From Antedon mediterranea (lineage: Eukaryota; Animalia; Echinodermata): a stretch of 64,000 bases of DNA. The notes beneath the pieces were generated by a model. That model was not told the DNA's origin and made no database searches. It was given only the letters and a program-made list of their open reading frames with translations. The stretch's first letter is position 1. Each line of letters opens with the position of its first letter. Location of the stretch: the NCBI RefSeq assembly GCF_964355755.1, contig NC_092673.1, positions 21,077,648 through 21,141,647 of the forward strand, given 5' to 3'. This document shows, piece after piece, positions 29,101 to 41,100 of the stretch. Position numbers and translations under genes: made by a program.

Positions 29101-32100
29101 CTAAGGCCGTTTATTCAAACTTTAAGGTTATTCTGTGTGTGGGTTATTAACTGTGTTAGAGTGTGGATAACACATTTACAACATAAACTGTAATAAACAA
29201 GAAGGTAATTATCTTGCTTTAACCTTGTGCAAACTCCATTATATTTGTCCCATGTTTGCCTACATGATTTACGGTAAAGTAAGAATACAGTATTTAGTTA
29301 AAGTACATCAACAAAGACATCAAAAGGCTGCTTTAATAACTCTACCTACCGTTTTGATCAACAGGGATAAGCCATTACATCTTGAATTAATCCTTTTAAT
29401 CCCTACCTATTGAGATGATTAGATATTTTATAAGCTGTCAGTCAGTAGAAACAGTTCAAATTCATTTTATTTACGGTATTTATTTATTTCCTTAGCCTAT
29501 TTTGTGCCTAGCTTCCTGGATAAACCAACAATAAAAAAAAATATTTTTTCCTTGATTGAGATATAACTCGAAGAGTAGAAGTTTTCATTGAATCCCCCTG
29601 TCTATGGTATAGTCCATGAACTATGACCTTCAGTTGGAACCTGCCCACAAACCACCATCATTATTTCTTTTTGAGACATGAAAGAGTAAACATGTCTTCA
29701 AAGAAGCTTAGAGTAGAATGATAAAGTGAATGTGCACTCTGTATGTGTCATAGCACTGGTGTCAGAATTGCAATCACACATAATTACACATGGGAACATA
29801 GACTAGAGAATAGGCATCTCATCAATTAGTTTTTTCTTGTGATTTTAATTTTATATATACACTAGACTAGTTTTAAAACCAGGATCCCATCTCTACAATC
29901 TACTACATACTTCTTATGGTAATGTCGCCCTCTGTTGACTACTTCAAAGGGTAAACTGAGACAACATAAAACTTTTTAATATCGCCCTCTATTAGTCAGT
30001 TTATTCATTGAATTGTTGTTGCCTCTCGTGCGATGGCTTATTCATAAATTCAATGCTACCGGTAATTGCTTCAGTGTAAAAGTATTTTCAAGTTGATTTA
30101 ATAAATCCACAGCTGGTATTATATAGAATAATTGAAGTATGTAACATACTTTAAAAGAGTTGACATGTGGTATATGTTGAATTCTCAGTTTAAAAAATGA
30201 ACAAAATTTGTTTGCCTTAAATAATATGAAATTTCGTGATTTTTAATATTTTATTTATCTATTAAATCAATATTTATACAGTTTGATCTTTTCGCACATG
30301 TCCTGTAGATATTACAGTAGGGCACATATTTGTAACGCATTATGGAACTTAAACAATTATTGAATTATGAATCTCAAGAATTATTCTGATAGAAAATGAA
30401 ATAGATTTTAAAACCAATAAGATATTTCACAAACACTTCATTACTCTTAATTTTCTATTTGTGTAATTTACAGTATGACCTAAGAAAGTCAATAAATAAG
30501 ATATTTTCCAAATCACATCCAAAATATTGTTTTAGCTTAATAGCTAACAAAGTTACTAATATATAAAAATTAAATTCATAAATTTAGCTAGCTTTTCATA
30601 AAAATAGAATTAAAAGAAAATGATAATCTTAGGCCCTGTTTCTGCTGCCAAGTAAATACAGTACCTGCATGTTATTTAATAAGATATTTTGTTAATATCG
30701 TATATACACGGTATATTTTTGGCAACGGAAATGGCGTTCATAAAAAACATACCATATTTTGTATACCGGTACCATATTTTCCCCACCAAATTTGTGGATA
30801 AAATATGGCATTTATAAATTTATACTGTATTTTTGGTACCCTTTTCTGCTGCTGTTGATTGATAATCTATAGTCAACGAAAGTAAGGATCGAACAAGAGG
30901 CTACAATTCAATTGCCAAAGATAACAAATTCTGATTTGGGGAAGGAAGGAATAACTTGCCCCCATTTTGGGGGATCGAAAGGGAGGTTGGGTAAAATAGA
31001 TGAATATTAACATGACCACCCAAGATAGTACTTCTAGCAGAAATGCAGGGTACTAAAAAATATGGTATAAAGTATACTGTATTTTATATGAATATTTTTA
31101 TACCATATTTTGAGGATATGCAGCAGAAACAGGCCCTTAATATCATTCATTATCCACCTACCCACAACATGTTTTTTTGAAGATATTTTTTATCCAAAGT
31201 ACTTCACAATTTGTTACAAACAAGTTTGTGAATAGCTGTTAGGAGTTAAATTGGATTAGTTATTGAATAGTTAAAGTTTAAGAGTGCGTAATAATCATCA
31301 GAGAATAGGAATAACTTACAAAATTCTTGAACCGATTCAAATAAAAATGCATATTCATGAGGTGAACAATGTCGGTTTCATAGCTAAGCATAAATCCTAG
31401 TTTTTCCCACAGTTGGAAACAGAAGTTAGTATGACATCTTTTGATGTATAATTAAACGACAGTAAAAGGAACTTTCATTAAATAATTTTATAAACTCTAA
31501 TAAATTTTATAATATTTGAGAATTTGCATGTCAGTTAATATTTATTTAAAGTGATCAACCATCAAAGTCTGGAAGCTTGAAGATTGGAAAACTTGGAGCC
31601 GACAAAGTGACAACGTTCTTCAAAGCTAACCTGGCGTAATCATCAGCTTTTGGTTGCAGTTCATTGGAGAAAATTCATGGCTGAAAATGCAGGAACTATG
31701 CTGGGTTTCGATTGTTCATTCCTAACATTTATTCAACAATATGTAGACCACTCACTGTATCAAATATCAAGTTTCATTCAGTTGCTTGGTACATGTTAAT
31801 TGTTAAAAGAAAATTTAACAATCTTTTCCAATTGTAAGATAATGTTTTTAAAGGAATTTAAAAAAGTTTGTATTTGAGAACTATTTTGAAGACAAGATTC
31901 AAATGTTCATCTGTCATCCTTGCATCATCAACGAGTTTACTGAGATGAAGATGAAAATGAAAACAATTCTCCACATGATGCCTGTTTTTGTACATGAAAT
32001 ACTTTGAATAGAAGGCAAACATATCAGCTGGATATTGACCTGCCTTAGGGTCAGTTTATAATTTCAGTTTGGACTGAAGATCATCATTCCTGATTTGAGT

Positions 32101-35100
32101 CATATCCATAAGGTTGAAATAGACAGAAAGATAACAAATATTTCTGCACATGTTTACAAATTTGCTGGATTAAAAGAAAACAATTTTCAGAAAGAAGAAC
32201 GAGCATGTCGGATCTAATTGAACTTTTCTTGGAGAACACAAAGAAAATATACCGTGCGGAAAACTTGGACTATTAGAGTTTGAGAAAGACTTTGCTAAGC
32301 TCCATTAACGCTCCATTCAATGTCGGTAAAAATTTAAACTATGGAATGTTAGTGTGAACAATGATTTAGCTTACTCAATTAAACATAATTGGCAAACAAT
32401 GGTGATAAAGCATTTCATATATTGACAACTGGTAGTGGGACTAATCGGCTTATTGCGGATGCCTCTCAGTTTAGCCATTTGTAACTGTTGTACTCTCATT
32501 TTCACACTGGAACATTGATATTGAACTTGGGACTCAAACATGTAAAACTGATGAATAATCAGCTTATTGTGGATGTTCTCTAGATCTTTTGCCATTTGTA
32601 GCATTATATGCTCATATTTCCACCGGTACATTGAACTTGGAATTGAAACGATTCGTCCTACAACTGAGGAATAATCAGCTTATTCCGGATTTTCACGTTC
32701 TCTCTATCTTTGCGTTGTATGCTCATATTCCCACTAAGACACGCGTTATTGACATTTGACAAATTTTCTTGCTTATTTGTGTTAACTATCGTCATCATAG
32801 TTTCAGTTTTGGTACCATTTTATGTACAGTAAATATTGGTATATTGATTAGTGAAGTACTGATGGTTTTAGCCTATGAAACCATGGAGTTAGATTGTACA
32901 GTTTCATAATGTATTTTCAACAATTAAACTTTGGCTTAGTTTCTATGTTATTTCCTTTTGATTGTGTCAGCTTTATTCAAGTACACTATGGAGATTCAAT
33001 TCACTGTGGAAGATGTGTTTGATGAAGTAGATTCGTTCTGTCGTTTATGTGGATATGATTTCTCACAAGGACTTTTAGGCCAGTGTCCACTATTTGGAAA
33101 TGAGCCTTACTCGGATCATCTTCGTAATTGTTTCTGGCTGCTGTCTGGTTACTTAGTAACACAATTTGACGGATTATCACAAAATATATGCTCTCAATGT
33201 GCGATGGCGCTACATAACTTTGAGAAGCATGAGGAAGAAAAAGAACGCCTTCAAGGTGTCATAAAAAATACCAGAAAACATCTACTAAAATGGACATATT
33301 CACGACGAACTGAATCTTTGAGAAGTATAAACGAGGAAACCGATGATGAATCTGGATTCTGGGGAGAAGAGGACAGTATTCGCAGGTTTCCTTCGATCTC
33401 CAGTATGTCGCGGCTTTTTACCAATAAGAAACAAAAGAATAGAACATCTCGTTGGACAAGTTTAGACTCGCTACACTCCGATGTTCAACCGCTTATTGAC
33501 AACTCTTTCGATAATTCTCCTATGTATTTTAACCAGAATCATCAACCACTCTGCCGTACTAGCACTTCACCTATGCAGTGGCCTAAACCAACAGTGACGG
33601 TCGCCAAGCCGATAGTCCCTATGTCTTTTACTGACTTGTCTCCTCGGCCTAAGGTGGACTATGGCACAATTAAATTCCAACCAGCACCACAGAAAATTAG
33701 GAGACCTGTTGCCATGTATGGGGTATGTAACGGCAGTTAATAATAATTAAGGCATTTCATATTGTATTTATATAAAAGTAGGTAGAAGGGCAGATAATAG
33801 GCAAAACATTTTGGGTTGCAATCTTTACTGTAAGGATGGTGAATGTACTGTATTCGGTTTTCATTGACAAAACAAAACAGGAACTGTTTTTTAGTGTGAT
33901 CATACATGCCAACATATTAAGTGGAGGTGTTGTTATTTAGGTCAACAGCGCCCTCTATCTCTTTGCGAGATGTAAAGAGTGCAGTGTGTGCGATGTTGCG
34001 AATATGAAAAGAATCCCCTTTTCGTTCATAAATACATTTTTAAAATATTACCGCAGATGTTTGTACAATGGCTTAAAGTATCGTAAATTTGCTTGTGTGA
34101 AGCCTTTTTGCTAGCAAAAAGGCTTCACACAAGCAAATTTACGATACTTTAAGAAAACAATACGTAGACATCAAAATTCAGTTATCTTTGTAATCCACGA
34201 GAAAAAAATGTTGAAAAACGGGAAAATGTTAGGCTGGAGATGAGTCGAAAATACGGTCCCTGTCAAAACGGGAGTGTTGACATGTATGGTGTATTAGGAG
34301 GTCTTCCACGATTAACTACAAAGAAAGCAAATCTACTATGTTTAAAGTTTAGAGAGGTGGGTTGATTTACTCCTATAATTTAAGGCTGATTAACAATGCA
34401 GATTGAGCAGATTGTATCCTGTTATATGTTAATATTGTACTAGTTTACTGAACCTGTGATGAAACGACTTCCTCCAAAGAGAAGTGGTTTTGATAGGAAA
34501 TAGCCTTATACCATTTCCTTTTTGAATAAAGGAGCTTTCAAGTATTAGAGGTCATATCCCTTCAGTCGCCTTCAGAATCTTACTTTATGCACTACTTGGA
34601 TTTTCATAGCTGACAACAAAGCAAGGAATTGATATTCTGTTGGTGTTTTAGGGGGGAGGATATAGAACATTTATTGGCGTTAAAACTTGCACATTTTTGC
34701 AGTAGCAACACTCAGTATATGTATGTAGCCATGTCTGATAGTGATGATGTAATGGTACAGGGTTGTTTTCCTGTCTTGTCCGCATCCCCGTCAATTAGAA
34801 AAAAAACTTACAGAAAAAAAGAAGTACCGGTAAGGATATATTGAAAAATGTATTGGTTCTTGAGTGTTAACAACTTTAGTTTGTACCACCATATAATAGA
34901 TGGTTAAGTATGTGTAGTATCATTAAGTATTGCTCAAATCAACATCCGGAGATGGTAAGGTTGGTTCAAACTTAGATTTTATTTTATGTTATTTGTGATG
35001 CAACACAAGCGCGTAAACGCACTGAAAGTTATTGACCAATCACGACGTGATGGATCACCCAAATTTCTAGATCTCTTTCAAATCATTACTCACTTTCAAG

Positions 35101-38100
35101 TTATAGATTCATTATGAATTTCTTTAATTCTTTGGTTTTCTCTCTTTTACAGTCCTTGGCTGCCTCAGATTCTGGTGAGTTCTGTATACAACATACTATA
35201 TATTTAGAATATTTTTTTAGCATACTTAGTATAATGTTTGCATGGTGTTTAAACAGTAAAATCAGGTTTTTCAAAAACATTAATTAAAGTTGAAAGTATC
35301 AATGTTTTGTTTGGGTATAAGTTAAATTCCATGACAGGTTTTCAGTGATGTCAAACATGTAATTGTAAAATGTGAATATTTATTTTGTTTATTAACAATT
35401 TGTATTGTTTAACAGAGGTTCCAAATGGGGAGAGTAGGATACGCTGTAACAGTCTGTCGAGTGCTGCAAGTAGTTTAAGTATACATGGACGAGCTAAGGA
35501 AGGGGCAAGACGAGTCTCTGGCTGGGCTGTCGGTTTTGACCGGCTACTAGCAGATGAACTTGGAGTTAGCTGTTTTACCGTAAGCCTATTGTTTTTGTTT
35601 TACTTATTAAGATTGAATTATTATTTAGTAATAGAGTATTAGTAAGGATTCCCAAACAAAAAATTCAGTCACAAGACAAACCAGGATGCCATACTATATC
35701 ATTATAAGTTTACTCCACATAAGCATAAATTATCTTAAATTAAAAGAAGTTTTACTTATTAAGATTTAATTAATATTTAGAGAATTAGTAAGGAGTGCCA
35801 AAGAAAAAAAGTCAATCGCAAGACAAACCAGGATGCCATACTATATACATTATAAGTTTACTCCACATAAGCATAAATTAAATCTCTAAAATACAAAACA
35901 CTGCGTTTAATACTTGTATTTCATCCGTTCTCAGCTCAAATCAATTGGCATTTCTCAGGTGAGACAGTATCTACCTCTAAATGATTCATTCTTGCAAATT
36001 CATTCATTAAAATAATATACAAAAACATTTGTTTTTTCCCCTTAGGAATTCCTGAAGAAGGAATTTAGCGAAGAAAACATTCTGTTTTGGATTGCATGTG
36101 AACATTTTAGCAAGCTAACCAACAAATCAAAGGTTTGTCTACTGTGTTGTTGTGTATGTACAGTGGTTTAATTTGATACTTTATACTTTTATTTATTTCT
36201 TCGGTAGTATAGTTTGCTGTCAAATTACAATAATAATAATATATCTTATATGAACAATTTACATATTTTGCTGTATTGTTATTACAGTACATATATATTA
36301 TTAATTTATTATTTATTTATTTATTAAATGCCTTTCCAAATAAAGATCAAAGCACTGTACACAGATCAGAAGTTGATTAACCTTGCAATAGCCTAGCCTT
36401 CTTCCTGGATTGCAGTCAACAAAACAATTAAATACCTTTAGTTTATAATACAGTAATATATTGTTTGTTTTGTTTTATTGTTTAGATTAAGAAGAAAGCA
36501 CAAGAAATCTACAACACATTCTTAACAGACAGTGCAATCCATCCTGTCAATTTAGATGGCACCGTAAAACAAATGGTTGAAAATAATTTGAGTTCACCAA
36601 CATCGAACACATACCAATATCCACAACAGCAGGTTTGTTACCCTTTCTCTAAAGCTTGGTTCCCACTAGAGACGCAACGTGCAAGGACAAGCGAGTTGAC
36701 CAATGGCAAGTGACGGTTCTAATAATCCATCTCTTTTGATTGGTCAAGTCACTTGGGTCGCATTACCTTTTTGTGTTGTGGCACTAGTGGGAACCAACCA
36801 TTAGTATATAAAACTTTACTTGTTACTGCAGTAAGGGAATTGCAATGATGTCTAAATATTAATGTGAGTTAACAATATGATTTTAATGAATAATATTCAA
36901 GTTGAAAGTATCTGGGCTGAGTTACTCATTGTGATTGCTTAAAATTTTATATTGGTTACCACAGTAGACTTGCCTGTATTGGCTACTACTGTTTAATTCA
37001 TCATCCAGGCAATTAAAGAGTGGGTGGGTGTCATAATGCACAGGAGACAATCCCCTCTCCCATTTTAATTTGTTCGACATATACAACTTTACATATTTTT
37101 ATTTTTTCATAATGAATTATCAGTTTGATTGACGTGGGCTTTGAAACAATTTTGAAAACCAATCTATTGTTCAGTATGACTTGTAGATTTCACTCTCAAC
37201 TCATGGCGCTAATTTGTTTTTTTTGTGTTTTTTTTAAAAAGTAGTCTTGATTACACATTTCCTTATGCTTAGTTTTTGTGTTTTTACTTACTAGATTATG
37301 AGAGTAAGTAGAAATTGTTTTCTTTTGTTGTTAATTCATTTACAATAAGAGTTTAAAAGAGGCTACAGTAGTACTGAGTCACCTCCTTAAAAGAGGCGTG
37401 CTTCTTTTCAAGTGCGGGAGTGTACATACTGTACATATCCAGTCTTGTAAACTATATTCATTTGCTTTAGTACAGAAGTACACACTATATGATCAAAAGT
37501 ATTCATCCTTCTTCATAGCACGTATCATACAAAGTCAGTTTTTTATTCATCAATTGGATTTCAAAATTAATTATTTATTTAAATTATTATACAGCCAGTC
37601 ATAGAGAATCTGCATGGAATCAATTTAAGGAAGATAGTTCCACTCATTATTTTAAATTATGGAAGGATCACTTCCTGTGTCCTGTCATTGTCATGGTCCT
37701 GTCAATGGGGATTGTCTCTAGTGTGCCACAAATACTGTAGGTATTTAGAAGGAAAGCCATAGATACATAGAATGTCTCAAACATGAATTATACCCTTTTC
37801 ACATCTGCAAAAATTTAACAACTTGTAACATGTTTTAACCAGGTTTACATAGTGTGAAGACAATTTTGGAGAAAAACACACCAACAAGAGGCATGTGTTT
37901 TATTTCCGAGATGTTCCGAGTTCTTACTGCGCGCACGTGTATTGTCCTGGTATTAACTGACCAATCATAGTAATCAAATTGCGCACAACTATTCTTTCCT
38001 CCTGACATTTCACAAGCGTATACGTGTTTGAAAATGTGTAAGTTGGGAGATCAAACCTGGTTACAACTTGTTATAAGTTGTAACAATTTATGCAGATGTG

Positions 38101-41100
38101 AAAGAGGTGAAAAGGGTATTTAGTTAAAGAACATTATTGTCACCAACAACCTATTCAATATTATTACATTCAATTCATACTGTTTCCAATATTCAGTACT
38201 TTTTATCCCAATGTTTATATTATTATTCTCATTTTTGTATATATTCTCATTGTTATAAATTACAGTAACCATTTTCACATCATTAAAATCACATGATCAA
38301 CTTTTTACTTAGTTTTAAAATATTTTTATAGAGTAAATGGAAAACAATTTGATAAAATGTATTCAGAAAACTTGCTATTAACGCGCAAAATGTTTCTTAT
38401 TGTATTACATATTAGATGAGAACCATGATTTGGAATTATAAATAAGTGTTATTGTGTATTGTGTCGGAAGTACTCAGCCCTGATATAATTTTAATATGCA
38501 TAGTGTGCCTGGATATGTTTCATAATAATTACTTAACCTCATTTTGATGTAGTGTGCTTGAAGTTTTTTTTAAATACTTTTTTTAAAAAAAAACTCACTT
38601 TTCAATTTTCAGATCTTTCATCTAATGAAATATGATAGCTATGCAAGGTTCTTAAAAAGTGATCTGTACAAACAATGCATCGTAGCGGAGCTGGAAGGAC
38701 GCCCCCTACCAATCCAAGTTCCCGACAACAATGGCAATGAACAAGTTACAGGCAAAAGAGACAATGTGCATAACAGTGTATCAAGCAATGTGTCATTATC
38801 GGATGAAAGCACCATTCAGTCTCAGACAGACAACAAGAAGTGGACAAAGAGGTCTATATTGCCCTGGAATAGGAGTAAGTTAATATAGAAGCAATATACA
38901 CAGTAATGTAGCGACTATGATCACTTACTTACTGGATAAACCCAGAGCTTAAGGGCCCCAGAGTAGTCCCAATGCAACTCCCATCGGTGGAGGGCTTCTT
39001 AAGCTCTGTCTACACTATCAAACTTTATGTGACAAAAAAATGTGATGTGCCCATATAGGGACATGATGATGTCATAGCACTACTTTATTTAATCATATCA
39101 TTACCATATTTGTACACATCAAACTTTTTTGTCAAACTAGTTTGATAGTGTAGACAGAGCTTTAGAAGTGTTAAACCAGGGGCGTTTGTGCAACTGTGAA
39201 TATATTGTTTCTTTAAACAATATTATTATATGTTAACATATAATAATTCGTTTGATTTACAATGACAAAATAACTGGTTACGTCATTTGTGACATTGGAA
39301 CATGCTTGCATGCAACAACAAAATGTTCTTAGGTCATAGGTCACCACAAATAACAAAGCTCTCTCTTCAGATTAGACTGAAATAATAACTTGTTATTTAT
39401 TTTTTATTTTTGCAGAAAGGAAGACAAGTTCGTCAAAGGACAATAATTCTGTATCAAGTGGAGAAGCAAGAAACAGTGGTGATTTTGGACAGGTAATTAC
39501 AACTGGCCCAGTGCCTTACTTGGTGTTCTAGAAAGTCTGCTTTCAGAAGGCATTACAGAAACCACCACATCACCAATAACTTTATAAAACACAACCTTGA
39601 AATTAAATGTCAGCGAATTAATAATAGTTCATTAAACAGTATATACTTCAATTATACCAAAAAACTTTAATTTCAAATTTTAAAATTATTATTTTTATTT
39701 AACCTACAGTATAATAATGCAGTACTGGTTATAAGTCTATCATTGATAACGTAAATTAAGATAAATGTATTTATTTTGTCTTATAAGGAAATAAAATATT
39801 TTCTTTCTAAATTTTCTTTAGGTATTTTGCAGTGACAAAAAGCTAGACGTATTAAAACCAATAATGAAGCACCGATCGCCGTCAAAACATTACATATGCG
39901 TTACAATACCAGATGATTCGTGTACACGGGTACTGATACGACGTGGCTATTCCATGCGATCAGCGATAGCAAGCATTTGTGAACAGCGCCATATTCCAAT
40001 GGCTGCGATGGAGGTGTTTTTCGCTGACTCTAAGGAGGTAAATTGTACTTTATAAACATGGAATTTAATTAATACAACAAATTTCTTAACCAAAAGGGAT
40101 TAACCTTGATGAATTTCAGTATAAATTTAAGAAAGGAAAAGCAATTTTGATATCTAATCACGATCTCCAATTTAGATTAAATTTGGATGCAAGACATTGT
40201 GGATACAATCCTAGCATAACCTCACCCTGTAATGTTTGACAAATTTTGTATCCCCACCCCCTGGAATAGCCAAATTTATGAATCCAATGTAAATGTATTT
40301 TAACTGTTAAACATAAATAAACTGTGTTGTCTATGTATTTGAGCAGCTATACCCAGTAGGAAGAAAAAAGGTATTATAATGTTGATAAATTCCCAAAAGA
40401 TCAATGTACTTGTAATCATTGTCCGTCAAAATGTTTCTTTTTACATTTCCTTTGTTTATTTGTCTGTAGGAAGTTATCAATAGTTTTCATTAGTTATGCA
40501 CGTACATTTCTCTCTCTAGTTGTATAAGTGTTGACTTAGCATATATAATATACTTCGAAGCATTGTGTCCATATTTATGTGTGTATGCAATGGACAGTGT
40601 GCTTGAAAGCATTTATGTTTCCTCAGTTTTGATTTGAGTCTTACCCATACTTTCATTGTTTCTACCACATCCTGTTCTAGCCATATTAAATTCTATTTTT
40701 TTTCTTTACCATATTTGTCCAAATATATATATGCCTGATTCATATCTTTCAATATTTTCTTTCTTTGCCATATTTGTCCAAGTAGATTCCTCATTGTATA
40801 TACCTGATTCATATATTTCAATATTTTCTTTCTTTGCCATATTAGTCCAAATAGATTCCTCATTGTATATACCTGATTCATATCTTTCAATATTTTCTTT
40901 CTTTGCCATATTTGTCCAAATAGATTCCTCATTGTATATGCCTGATTCATATATTTCAATATTTTCTTTCTTTGCCATATTTGTCCAAGTAGATTCCTCA
41001 TTGTATATGCCTGATTCATATCTTTCAATATTTTCTTTCTTTGCCATATTAGTCCAAATAGATTCCTCATTGTATATGCCTGATTCATATCTTTCAATAT

